A DNA stretch of 63,673 nt, the filler included, from Rhabdomonas costata (taxonomy: Eukaryota): NCBI GenBank assembly GCA_019059605.1. It is 37 parts of 37 records of this genome, joined end to end, with 100 filler letters (N's around TTAATTAATTAA, not from the genome) between each part and the next. Parts side by side here need not be neighbours in the genome. Positions count along the whole stretch, not along the records: positions 34,478 to 36,100 come from JAHMHO010011798.1; positions 36,201 to 37,823 come from JAHMHO010011799.1; positions 37,924 to 39,546 come from JAHMHO010011800.1; positions 39,647 to 41,270 come from JAHMHO010011801.1; positions 41,371 to 42,993 come from JAHMHO010011802.1; positions 43,094 to 44,716 come from JAHMHO010011803.1; positions 44,817 to 46,438 come from JAHMHO010011804.1; positions 46,539 to 48,161 come from JAHMHO010011805.1; 29 more parts are not named here. One strand, written 5' to 3'. Both the position numbers and the translations under genes were made by a program. This document shows positions 35,705-47,673 of this stretch, in pieces. Each line of letters begins with the position of its first letter. The first letter of the stretch is position 1. The notes under the pieces were generated by a model that saw only the letters and a list, made by a program, of their open reading frames with translations, was not told the origin of the DNA and ran no database searches.

Positions 35705-38529
35705 GTTCGTGAATGCGATGAGCTATTGCGCGGCAGGGGTCCGGCATTAAGTCCCCTGGTCTTCGTTGCCTTTTTTTTTCGATTTTGGCCCACAGGAGGT
35801 TCCCGGCCGGAGCAGGGCCTCTCTCTCCATGACTCAAATCCAGTGACTAAAAAACGTCCGGAGAGGGGCCTTCACCTCAATCGTGGGTCCAAGGAAAAGG
35901 TCGTTGTTTTTGGCCTGCTTAATTTGCCAACCACTTGGTGTGCTTCTTGCTTTTTTGCTAACTGTACGTGTACTCCTATGGGGCTGCAATAGCTCCATCA
36001 TCGAGGGTGGATAAATTGACGTTGTCTTTTTACGCTTGCTGCCGTTGTAACAAGCCGAGTATCTTAGTCCTCCTCCCTGTCCCCGCATCAAACCTCAACC
36101 NNNNNNNNNNNNNNNNNNNNNNNNNNNNNNNNNNNNNNNNNNNNTTAATTAATTAANNNNNNNNNNNNNNNNNNNNNNNNNNNNNNNNNNNNNNNNNNNN
36201 TTCTGCCGTTCTGGTTTCGTGTGAAACGCTCTAACAGCGTATGTGTTTGTTCAGTAAGTTGTTGGGTTATTACTTTATCACTTGTGTCATCTCCACATTC
36301 CTGCTGGGCGGCCGCCAGAGGACGTGTTGTTTGATTCATGTTGTTGTTATTCACATGTGCTCGTTTTTTTTCGAGAGTTTGTGGAGCTTATCCTGAATCC
36401 AAATGTCGTGCCTGCAAATTGGGCGGGCCACCCCCGCTTGTTGGAACCCTATCCAGAAAACTTTCCAACCTCCTCCTTTTCCTTAATTACTTTTAAACGA
36501 GTTCACAATTTGGGTCTCGTTATCTTCTTCTCCAGGCTGTAAAGGCGGGAATCTCTGCCAAAGGCTGGATGTACGGATGCACCTTCCAGCTGTTCACTAC
36601 ACAGACCTATCAGCTGCCATACAATCCTCCGCCGCCCGCCTAAACTTGAGCTTCAAGGGTCCTTTTCTGCCAAGTCACTCCTCCGAGCAATTTTTGTGGT
36701 GGGGAATAGTCTGAAGAGTCTGGTCTCTGGTGCACTACAGCCGGAGCGGATGTGGTTCCGGTTGTTGTTTTTCAATTGAGCTGCGGGTGGTATGGCTTTT
36801 TCCTTCAGTGGTTTTGCAGCTTGATGTGACGATTTTTTGTTGTGGAGTCAACGCAAAGTTTGGTGAGTGTACTTTTATGGCAGACTTCTTGAGCGGGATG
36901 AGATGACGCGGAATAGAACTCGCATTCTGCTTCCCTCCCCCTCGGCGCCAAAGTTGCAAAGGGTGAAAGTGCCAGAACAACGAACTTCCTCTCCTGAGTC
37001 CGTGCTTCTTCATTGTCTCAAAGCACAGCAAGAAAAACTTTTATTCAAATGTGACATGACACATAGACCAGAAAGACACTGAAATGATTCGTGATTTTCT
37101 CCGAATGGCCGTCCAACCGTCGAACATCTTTGTACGGTATTCTGTAAACAGCGTAGCGGTGATCTGTAAACAGCATTCCAGCATTGTGGCGAATGGCCGT
37201 TAAACAACCTTTTAATATTTAACCACCCCATGCCGCAGACTGAACTTCACCACGGGGATTGCATGGGGATTGCGTTCCGCCTTGTGAATACCAGTGATTA
37301 CCTCCGCCCCATGCTTGGTTGTATCCCGCAGTTCCGGTTTGCTGCACCCTTTCCTATCCGTAACCTCTCTTTTTCCCCTTGGCAACACTTTGGCAATGTG
37401 ACAGGGGTCTTCTGAGAAGAAAAAACAGAGGAAGGGTAGTGCATTGAAGGGGTTCTCACCGAAGATGTTGGCCAGCCCTATCCTCGGGGGTTCGCTGTTT
37501 TTCGGGACGCTGAGGGCGTCGTCGCCCTCCAAGGCAGCCCTGGATGCCCTGGAGGCGAAAAAGGAAAAAAGGGTATATTGCTGTTCCGTCTTTGAATTCC
37601 GCGCTTCCAGCAGATGCAGAGTAAGTGTGCATACATATGCGCGATGTCTCATCGGGAGGACTTGTTTTCTTCTTCAAGGTCAGTTGTGTTCGTTTGTTTC
37701 GTGTATGTTTGTGCGACGTAATGACGGAAAGGTAACACACGCGCACACCCACACACGCACGTGATGGAGAGCGATGATGAAAAGAACAGCTGCCCCAAAC
37801 CTAAAACGCGCATACCCCACCCCNNNNNNNNNNNNNNNNNNNNNNNNNNNNNNNNNNNNNNNNNNNNTTAATTAATTAANNNNNNNNNNNNNNNNNNNNN
37901 NNNNNNNNNNNNNNNNNNNNNNNCCCCAAAAGTAAGAATAGTGCGCAATGAATTCCGATGATTGTGGTTTTTCTTATTATTCTTATTCTGCCGTGTACTC
38001 TGCTTTAGTATGCCTCATGGGCGGCTTATATTGGCAGCCTATAATGGCAGCCTATGGGTCACTGGGTGCCTCACTCCCTTGCTATTCTGGCCTGGCAGGG
38101 GAGTTGGTCATGGGGGGGGGGGGGCGAAATCAATGAAGCACTTGGTTGTAAACAGGGCACACCATTTCAGAACTGAGTTTACAGGCAAAACCAAAGTCCC
38201 TAGGATGAAAAAGGCAGGGCGGTTGTCACAGGCATTTGTGCGCTGAGTACTGAGAAACAGAAATTTCGATGGATACGGCACAGAAAGGTACCAAGCCGCG
38301 CCGGAAGAAACATCAGTGAGGTGGGGGGCCTCCAAGAGCGAAAGCATATGGAAAACCTCAAAAATACCTGGGATCCTCTTTCGCACCGACTATTCTGAGT
38401 ATTCTCACAGAAAAGAACTCGGATCTTATGAACAATTGAAAAGCGTCGTGACTCTGAGATTGAGGAACGGTTCTACAGAGGTACTAGCAGAGGAAAGTTG
38501 GTAGGAATGTGAATGTGAGGAATGCAGTA

Positions 38530-38595
38530 TGAACTGCATGAAATATCCGGGCTCCGCAGCGCTTGCACAGGAAGTGGTGCAGGTCCAGCCGCGGC
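38530..38595 (-). CDS. Possible GFA/CENP-V (Mss4-like) zinc-binding exon
   Basis: HHFLCKRCGARIFH resembles the r.FC..CG..lf motif; short match only. Confidence 0.3.
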
Positions 38596-40349
38596 AGCGT
38601 GAAAAAGAAAGTAAGAGAGAATGAGGCTAGCAGCATGGTAAAGTGGTGCAGAGACGAGGCGATGGGATGGCATATGTATAAAGTCAGACTCTGGCGAAAG
38701 CAAGAAACCACACATCCCTCCTCTGGGCACGCCCCAGAACTCAACCCTACGGCTGACAGAGCCGTTGCGCCTCCCACCACCACACCCGCGGGGGTGCCGT
38801 TCATTCCGCTGCCGGGGGTGGTGCTTCCCGTGGTGACTTCGTACGCATCGCCGCCCCATGCGGACTCCAGTGGTGCGGAACTGTGGATCGCTGGAGGACC
38901 CAGCTTGGGCAGGGCTCCTGCTCGGTGTCCAACCTGTAGGCTCTCTATCAGAAGTACTTGTGCGTGCGCACATTAATCCCACTTTTTGCCGTTTCTGGAA
39001 GGTCCGGGTGCCCTATCTTGCCTCCTGTCCCCGTCTGGGGAGCATTCGATCTCAGGGGTCATTCCAAAGTGGTGAACACCCCCCCCCCTCAAGGCTTTCC
39101 GCAGACAAAGAAGGAAGGACCACCTTGTTGGCATCTGCCTCTTCACTGTCGCTGTCACAGCGCTGGCGCCAAGATAAGCCAACTTTCGGCACCTTGCCCG
39201 AGCCGCTCGCACACATGAAATCCTGCCTTATTCTAAGCCTCGACACCTCCAACGCCTCCTCCCTGCTCTTGCTGTTGGGGGAGGTCCGCAAAGTCAACTG
39301 GTGCCATGAAGGCTACCACAGCCGACAGCTAAACTTGTGTTTCATTGGGCATGCGGTGAGAGAGGGAAGGTTGTTTCCTTGCGGGGGGCGGGGTCTACAA
39401 ATACAAAGTATGAAACACAATTCGACGCGTTCCATCCAGCAGCGTTCTTCTTCGAATTTAGCAGAAGCAGAGAATTGTCAATTTCTCAGCCTCTGCCCTA
39501 CCCGTCCGTTCCATCAACATTCAACAGAAAGCACTCACACCACCACNNNNNNNNNNNNNNNNNNNNNNNNNNNNNNNNNNNNNNNNNNNNTTAATTAATT
39601 AANNNNNNNNNNNNNNNNNNNNNNNNNNNNNNNNNNNNNNNNNNNNGGGTGTTTTGAGGACTTTCCACAGTGTGTGGCGGATAAAGAATGTTCACGGGAT
39701 GATGCTTACGGAGAGGCAATGTTGCGTCCAATTGTAGGATGAGCCATTTGTCCAGAGTTTGGTGCAGAATTTGAAGTGAAGTCAGAGCCGACGATGGAAT
39801 AGAGGTGGAAGGAGTGTAGTCAGTTGGTTTCCACACAGGTGGTTTAGGTGGGTTTTCCGCAAGTGGGTAAGTGTGGTAGATTGTGTGAAATGGTTTAGGT
39901 AGGACGATCCATGGACGTTTCTTCTTTGTCTTTGTTTTTGCATTCTTTGTTTCATCTTTTCAGGTGCAAGGCAAATTTACAGAGCGGAGTACACTTTCCA
40001 GACTCCAGACTCAGGTCTTTGGTGGAAGGTGGTGGAAGGTGGGGATGGAGTGGAACCTCTCCCACTCGTGTGCCAGCTCCAGAGTTTCTATAGCTTGTTG
40101 TGGTTTCTACCAACCGCTGTAGTATTTAGTTAGCTACTTGTTCCAGAGTTCCTTCTTTCAGAGTCCAGTGTTCTTGGATCTACCATTCCAGAGTTTCATC
40201 CCTACTTTCAGAGCTTTGTTTGTGTGTGTGAGTCTGAAGGGTGTGTTTCCAGAGCGTTTATGGTTTGTGACTGACTTCAGAGCTACTGTGCTTCCAGAGT
40301 TGTGGAGATGTACCAAACCACTAAGACCACTGCATGGAAGCGTTACTCG

Positions 40350-41110
40350 TCATGTACGAACGCGTTTGTGAGGGCCAATCTACAGAATAGGTATGATGCT
40401 TGTGTGCAGTGCTTTGATAAGTCTTCCACAGATTTGGAGAATGTGTAAAAAGAGACTGCAGAGCTACTGAATAGTAGATTTTCTGGAGTGTTAGAAAGTA
40501 CCACGAGGTGGATGAATGCAGTGCAGAGGATTTCAGATCGGCACAAGGAAAGGAAAGAGAATGCAGAGATCACAAATCTAGTGGGTATTCTGGAGCAGGG
40601 AAGAGTTGATATGGATAAGGCTATGCAGGAGTTGAACGAGTGGAGGGTGGTTGCCCAGGGATCTCCACAGTTACCGACCCTGAGTACCATTACACCAGTG
40701 TTGGATGATCATGCCATGGTGACGTATGTGATGCAGGTGGTTGAACAGATTGAGGGATCGGTTCTGATTTTAGAACTGGAGAATATCGGTGGGTTGCTTA
40801 ATGAGGTTCTTAGGAGGAAGCTTGTTTCCATAGAGTTTTTGTCCCAGCTTCCAGAGACGTGGCAGTGTGTGAAGTATGTCCCTCTGGCCCCGAATCACCC
40901 TCCACAGCCACCAGTTGCATACGTTGGGAGAGATTTTGCGACAGCTGAAGATGGGTAGGGACCGTTGGTGGAACCTCCCAGAGGAGGTAATGCACAGCAA
41001 GAGACGGCAACCGCAATGAAAGGTGTGGCCAGAGCCACTCCCTCGACTTCCACATAGAGTGCAGTGCCCAAGGAGGCTCCAGATACAGTTCCAAAGTTGG
41101 TGGTTTTGTA
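40350..41110 (+). pseudogene. Decayed intronless ORF, probably transposon-derived (gag/ORF1-like)
   Basis: The 156-aa open stretch extends both ways through single in-frame TAA/TAG codons; a diverged inverted copy lies at about 41205-41265. Confidence 0.35.
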
Positions 41111-41684
41111 AATACACACATGTTAGACAATCCATAGATTATTATTATGATTGACATGGGTCCAACCACGGCCCCGGGGGCCCCTGTGGGTTGGCGGGCC
41201 CTGGCGGATTGCTCCCTCTCCTGCTGCGCATTACCTCCTCTGGGAGGTTCCACCAACGGTCCCCACCCACNNNNNNNNNNNNNNNNNNNNNNNNNNNNNN
41301 NNNNNNNNNNNNNNTTAATTAATTAANNNNNNNNNNNNNNNNNNNNNNNNNNNNNNNNNNNNNNNNNNNNGTTGTGTTGGACTTGTCTTTGTTTTGTTTT
41401 GGTAGGGATTGCGGAGGTAGTGTGAAAAAAGGGGTTACCTTTTATCACACTACCTCCGCAATCCCTACCAAAACAAAACAAAGACAAGTCCATCACAATC
41501 AAAAGCCCTCGCTGACAACTGAAAAACAATATCTGCCTTGGCTGTGAACGATTGCTTTGCACAAGCAACAAAGAAGGGATACAAGCTCCAGAAACAGAGA
41601 GAGAGAGTAATACTATGGCCAACAAGGGAGACCATTGCAATCGCACCAGCTCAAGACGGAGCCTATCTCTGGACTTGCACCACC

Positions 41685-42632
41685 TCACAGTTCTGGGCTC
41701 AGCTCCGCCACCTCCTGGGAAGCCTCTTCCTCCACCGACCATTCCTCGGCATTCTCTTGCGGCGCGCCCCTGCCATCGGCGCTCTTGCGAAGCAACGGTT
41801 GCAGCAACAGCCACGTCAGGATGGCAGCCACCACAACTTCGGCCATAATGGTGAAATTCGCTCGAGCCGCAAACATGCTCGGCGGCTCAATCACGTAATG
41901 CAGCCCAGTCAGCGAACTCAAGCCCATGTGAAAAATGGAACACAGCATCAGCCGAGCAGCACTGTGCTTCGCAGATGACAAATTATGAGCCACTACTACT
42001 TCCTCGAAACTGTGTAGGGAAAGGAAGGCCACCGCGCAGGGTGGGGTGAAGAACGCCGCCGTGATCTCCATCTCACACCACACGAAGGCCCGATACAGCC
42101 ACTCTGGCTCACAGTATACCACCGGAAACCAAATGTTATCCGCGTAATGGCAGGTGTGGAGAAGGATGTTAAGCAATGAGAGCGCATACACCCACCCTGA
42201 CGACTGCAGGGTGTCGTCCTTCTTGGCGGAATGGGATGCTGTTGTCCCCTCTCCGATATCCAGGGACGACCTTGGCAGACCTTCGTACGCATGCCCACCG
42301 GCTTTCCGGACCAAACGGCTTGCTGGGCTTCGGCGACGGACTCCAACTCGCGTTGCGCTTTCCCGTTCGCCATCTAGTTGAGACTCGGGAGGAGCGGATT
42401 GGCTTGCAGCGCCGCGTGATTGACCACTCAACCAGACAACAGTGGGTGCAGTGACCTTCAATCGGTGCTGCCTCCATCGCAGAAGAAGCCAAATGAAAAG
42501 CAGGCTGCCTTGCAGGAGCACGAGCAAGACCAAAATCCCTCGGCACATAAAAGAAGGCCACGGCTCATGAGTAATCATCAGCCATCCCAGTGAGGACAAC
42601 TCGAACCTCACTATGTCGTCGGGTGAGCCCAT
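41685..42632 (-). CDS. Intronless 315-aa multi-pass membrane protein of unknown function
   Basis: ATG-to-stop ORF; one N-terminal TM segment, a disordered linker, then about 4 TMs with HYADN..P..Y.EP.WL and GLHY motifs. Confidence 0.75.
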   Translation of the reverse strand: MGSPDDIVRFELSSLGWLMITHEPWPSFMCRGILVLLVLLQGSLLFIWLLLRWRQHRLKVTAPTVVWLSGQSRGAASQSAPPESQLDGERESATRVGVRRRSPASRLVRKAGGHAYEGLPRSSLDIGEGTTASHSAKKDDTLQSSGWVYALSLLNILLHTCHYADNIWFPVVYCEPEWLYRAFVWCEMEITAAFFTPPCAVAFLSLHSFEEVVVAHNLSSAKHSAARLMLCSIFHMGLSSLTGLHYVIEPPSMFAARANFTIMAEVVVAAILTWLLLQPLLRKSADGRGAPQENAEEWSVEEEASQEVAELSPEL

Positions 42633-44199
42633 CCGCAGCCAAGCAAATCTCGATTCAGAAGGCTGTAAAAGAAATACAAAGCACTAACAGAGGAAGCCTT
42701 CAAAAAATTCTAAATACATCCTTTTGTGCTTTTGTGGAAATTTTGCTTTAACCGAATAAAACGAAACTTCCGCAGCGGGAAAACTTGGTTAGTTTACCAA
42801 GATTCCCCGAGCTCCAGGCTGGGGTTTCCACGTTCTATTTCTCATTGTTTCAACGGTGCCCCCCAAGTTGCCGATGTGTGTGCAGTGTGTGGGATTGTGC
42901 TCACACACTTCGCTTCATTAGAGCTGGAAACAAGCAACCGGTCATTGAAATGATCACCATCACAAGTACACGGTGTCAGAGGAAACACCAACANNNNNNN
43001 NNNNNNNNNNNNNNNNNNNNNNNNNNNNNNNNNNNNNTTAATTAATTAANNNNNNNNNNNNNNNNNNNNNNNNNNNNNNNNNNNNNNNNNNNNGGGTTTG
43101 TTTGCTTGCCACCGCACCTCTCACTGAAGGCGTGCTCTTGTCGTGAGGGAATGCAGTTCCCTTCGTGTGGACAGGTGACCAGCCACTAGGCGCTGTCATG
43201 CGTTGACGCTCTCTATCTTCAGCGAAATGGCTGACCATCAATTTCTCTCTCCGTGGCGCTTAACAACGCCTCGCAGCTGAACTGTGAACTGTGAACTGTG
43301 CTTCAGATGTGCTCGTGAGGCTTCGCGTTCTTTTGGCAGCGGCTTCAGCGCAGCGGCTTAAATGGTGGCAATGGGTAGCCTGCTCGGGTTGTTTGTCCTT
43401 TGTTCTTTAAACGAAGGTGGATGTGTGGTGTCGCCGAGCATCTATGGCTTGTGTCCAGCTGAAGCCTCCAAACCTGATGTTATAAATTGATGTCCTCGTT
43501 TTAGGGACACAATGCACGACAAACAAGAGCAGATCAAAACCCGAACCCAATGATCCCGCGCCAATAGCAAAGACAGGAAGGTATCAGGAGCCAAACAGAG
43601 ACGACGGAAAGCACATATCGCGAGCAAACCGGCTTTCTGAAAGCAGAGGCGCAACATTGCAGGCAGGCACTGCGTTGAAGGGTGCGTGTTTCGGGTGGTT
43701 TCGGGCGGGCTCTGGGTACCCCTCGGACACGCTAATAGACCCACTTTCGAATTGGTCGCCCCCGTGATTCCGTCCAATTTCATGTCCCCTACCTCTTTGA
43801 TAAAGGTGGGCGCCGCCCATTTCATTGATCAACAACAAAGCGCCCCGCGCCGAGGCCCTCTGTGTGTGAAGGCGGCCCCGTCCCTCCCCTTCGCAGTTCC
43901 ATTTGCGCCCCGGGTATTTGGTACGACGGGCACCCCATCAGGCGGATGGGGAAAAGATCGTCGAGCAGTGGCCCCCACGCCAGACCATCGGCCTCATGCG
44001 CGGTTTGTCGCAGAGCGGTACCTAGCAAACCGCCAGGGACGTTTTGTTCGCCACCCACCGTGTCACGGGGTGTTTCGGCTGAACAGCACGTGGCCCCAGG
44101 GGTAAACTAGGCCTACCTTTGGAGGCCCTTATCAGCCAGGTTGCGTCGTCAGTCGCCTGACAACGACACCCGATGCGCGTGATACCGTCGCAATCCGGG

Positions 44200-44670
44200 T
44201 GCGGCGGTGGAACGAATGAATCCGTCGCAACGGTGGAGCTGCAAGTGCCCAGAAGGCACGACGAGCCTGACGCTGAAGTTAGTAAACACGTTCCAGCCTC
44301 ACATTCAAGCGCCGCTGTGTAACTTTGCGAAGGAAAATCACGATTTCAAAGTGGACGAAGCACTCCAAGACACGCCGGAGGATTGCGCGTGCCACTCGGA
44401 TCTGTCGAGGACTTACCAGGAGCATTCGAAACAGGATGGCCATGTGGGAACCGTGGACACCCGCGTTTTGCTGTGGCCTCACCTCGGGACCCTGGTTCAG
44501 CGAGGCCGGAAGTTCAGGCTGGAGCCGACGTGAAAGACGTCTTCCTGAGCATGCGCAAAACTCTTGAGGAGTGCTGCCTGTGGTGCTCGAGATGCAAAGC
44601 CGACAGGTACTATGCGATGGAAAAGTGGTCGAATGCCGTGTGCGATCACTGCGGGATAAAATGGGCCTAG
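44200..44670 (+). mobile_element. Penelope-like retroelement relic (region upstream of RT), frameshifted
   Basis: CACH...DGHVGTVDTRVL..PHLGTLVQRGRKFR matches the PLE motif C.C...GHV.T.D..I...L..L..KG.K(Y/F)R. Confidence 0.6.
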
Positions 44671-45403
44671 AAGCTGCCCTGGCTTTGTACCAAACAAATC
44701 AAACTCACCCAACACANNNNNNNNNNNNNNNNNNNNNNNNNNNNNNNNNNNNNNNNNNNNTTAATTAATTAANNNNNNNNNNNNNNNNNNNNNNNNNNNN
44801 NNNNNNNNNNNNNNNNTGTGGTGTGGGTATTCCGGTGGTCAGGGGCTAGCAGTAGGAATGCACTTCACTTTCGAGGAAACAACGCGCTGCTGAGAACTAC
44901 TGAGAACTGGGTCAGGTAACTAGAAGGAGGCGCGGCTAGAGGTAATTGGTGTGGTGGTGGAAGTGGTCGGATGCAAATCACCCGAGGGAATCGTTCTGAT
45001 TTGTAATCCGCTGGAATCCAACTTGTTAGGAGCTGAAGCACGAAGTCTTGCAAATGGTACCCAAACACAATCCAACCAGCAAAAGAACCGATGTTTGGGG
45101 GAAGGAAAGGGAGTTGCCCGAAACTCTTGTCACGAGATGCATAGTTGGAGCCTGGCCCCCAGCACGCACCACTTGTCCATGACCATCCGAGAGACTTAGA
45201 GAGCAATTAAGTCTCACTCTATCCCATAAGTCATACAAAATCAATCAGATGCTACTCCCCCACCCACTGTAGAAGCTCAGTATTGGCAACTCTCTCAACC
45301 CATGAAAGTAATGCCCGCCCCCTGCTCGTGTGCATGACAGCAGCAAACCCGCCATCTATCCGAATAATCCAGTGACAACAAGCGTGTGAACGGGATGACC
45401 AAC

Positions 45404-46438
45404 CTCGCATTGCGACCAGGCATTTCGGGTGGTACGGCTGGCCACCCAGATCACAGAACTCCTCCTTGAGGATGGGTTTGTTGCAGGACTCGCAGCAAAA
45501 GCAATCTGGGTGAAACTTCTTCTCAAGAACAGTCACGACCCTGCCCTTGACAATCTTCCTGCACTTCCCGCAGGAGTTCTCTATGCAAAAAGCAGCCCTC
45601 CTAATCCGAGAAGGTACTATCAAAGGGAACATTCCACGACTTGAAGAGGGTGGCCACTAGCTTTCCCCAAATCACACAATAGGCACTAGGGCAGCGACCA
45701 GCCAGCCAACCGAAATGAAAAAGGTAAAAAGACTCACCCCGCTGACATTTCGTGTGGTAGAGCTTGCCGTTCTCATCCGCAAAAGTCTTCTCTTCTATGT
45801 GCTTGTAGCAGAACTCGCATACAAAACACTGTGGGTGGTACAGATTCCCCAATGCACTGATGACGTTGCCCTTGATCATCTTCGCGCACCTCTCGCAGAT
45901 GCTTCCTGTATCGGTTGCGCCAACCAAACAAGTCAGTGGAATTCCGGACGTACGGTTACGATGTTAAAAGTACAAAAGTCAACGCAGCTTCCACAAGCCG
46001 AAATCACAATAGAAAAGTCGCAAGAAACAAATAAGCCATAAACACTGACCATCGGATTCCAACGCACACAACACACCAGAAAGAGCAGATGACATCCGCT
46101 CAACCTCAACACCACGCAACTCAGCAGAAGGCCGCTCCACCGTCGTCGACACAGCAACAGCAGCAGTACGGCACTCCACCGTCGTCGACAAAGGCACCTC
46201 AGCAGCACGGCGCTCCACCGTCGTCGACAAAGGCACCTCAGCAGCAGGGCGCTCCACCGTCGTCGACACAGGAACCTCAGCAGCAGGGCGCTCCACCGTC
46301 GTCGACACAGGCACCTCAGCAGCAGGACGCTCCACGGTCGTCGACAGAGGCACCTCAGCAGCAGGGCGCTCCACCGACATCGACACATCTTTCTCAGCAG
46401 CAGGGTGCTCCACCGTCGTCGACTTACAAACGTCAGCA
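45404..46438 (-). CDS. LIM-domain (paxillin-like) protein with N-terminal 13-aa repeats (exons 46438-46077, 45905-45738, 45580-45404)
   Basis: CERC...YHPQCFVCEFC...YHTKC and CGKC...FHPDCFCCESC...YHPKC; phase-1 introns join the repeat exon in frame. Confidence 0.9.
46121..46423. repeat. 39-bp coding tandem repeat, about 8 copies
   Basis: Unit GCTCCACCGTCGTCGACACAGGCACCTCAGCAGCAGGGC at 46134, 46173, 46212 and onward; encodes VERPAAEVPVSTT on the - strand. Confidence 0.95.
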
Positions 46439-46857
46439 NNNNNNNNNNNNNNNNNNNNNNNNNNNNNNNNNNNNNNNNNNNNTTAATTAATTAANNNNNN
46501 NNNNNNNNNNNNNNNNNNNNNNNNNNNNNNNNNNNNNNTGGTGGGGGTCCTGTGGGCGAGCCGGAGTAGGAGGGTTCTTGTCACTCGGTCATCGGTGACG
46601 CAAGACCAGGTGGTTGGTTGCTGGCTCTCGGTTACAACTGGTAACACTACCACTGCTTGTCGGGGGGTGCCATCCTTGTATAAAGGGGGAGACACAGGGG
46701 CTCCTCCAGAATCCTCGTGATTTTTCGGCATGAAGTTCTTCACGTGTGTAAATCATCGAGTTCGCGTGCACTCACGCGATCACCCCCCCCCCTGCCGATT
46801 TCACGAGAGTGTGTGCGTGTGTAGGACGGGGGTGATAAGGGGTATGGAGGTGCACAC

Positions 46858-47673
46858 CCCAGGAGGCAATGAAGTACAGAGTGTTGGTGCGGCTGTTGCC
46901 GTTGCCCCCGGCGCAGTCCACGCCGAATACCTTGTCCGAGAGCTTCTTCGTAGCATCCCAAGCGGACTATGCCCACAAATCAACACAACCCCCCAAACAT
47001 TCACAATGTGGGATCGTGCGCGCCGTGTTTCAGAATGCAAGAAAGGAAAGGCAACAAAGCCAGAAATATGCGTATACATCCAATACATAGCCTCCTCCCG
47101 GGAACTGGAAGAAAAATCTTCCTATCTGAAGTTAGCCGTAATATCAGGTGGTCAACCATACAAATGTCATTTCTTTCCAGAGAACCTGTTTTGCGCCCGG
47201 TTCCAAATAGTTAGCTTGAGCGAGGGCTCATTATAGCATTCTTAGAGTATTGCACTGGAGGAAGTGGACAACCTTCTTGTCCACAAGAGCCCATTCGGCG
47301 TAGTAGAACGCCACAAAGCCGCTCTCCGTGCAGAAGGGGTCCCCCTCGCAGAACTGCTTGAACTTCGGCAGACCGGACACAAGCCATCTGGTGCGCAAGC
47401 AGGAGTATTCTTTGTGCAGGCATGTGTGAAATATGTACAACGTGACCCGAACGCCTTCATTCTGCCACCACAGCCAGCGTCCGCTGCGTGGCTTGGGATG
47501 CTGTGTCCAACCGCTAATTTAAGGCTGGTCGGTACGATTGGATGGGCCGGGGTAGCTCTCTCTCTCTCTCTCTCTCTCTCTTCGCACCCGGGGTGGAACA
47601 TCAGGTGGACAACAGGGGTGATCGGCAGCAGCTGGATGCCATGCACGAAGTATCCCGAGCGTCCAAAGTAGGT
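46858..47673 (-). CDS. GH81 endo-beta-1,3-glucanase, C-terminal exons (47673-47588, 47387-47273, 46966-about 46858)
   Basis: TYFGRSGYFVHGIQLLPITP and GNGNSRTNTLYFIAS are GH81 C-terminal motifs; intron phases are compatible. Confidence 0.85.

Noticed and set aside
40440..41115. Stop-codon reassignment (TAA/TAG read as sense)
   Set aside because: No conserved exon in the window has an in-frame stop; Gln uses CAR and Trp uses TGG. In-frame stops occur only in decayed, TE-like regions.
46121..46423. 39-bp repeat as a CRISPR array
   Set aside because: The units are contiguous with no unique spacers, 3n long, in frame within a eukaryotic exon, and there are no cas genes.
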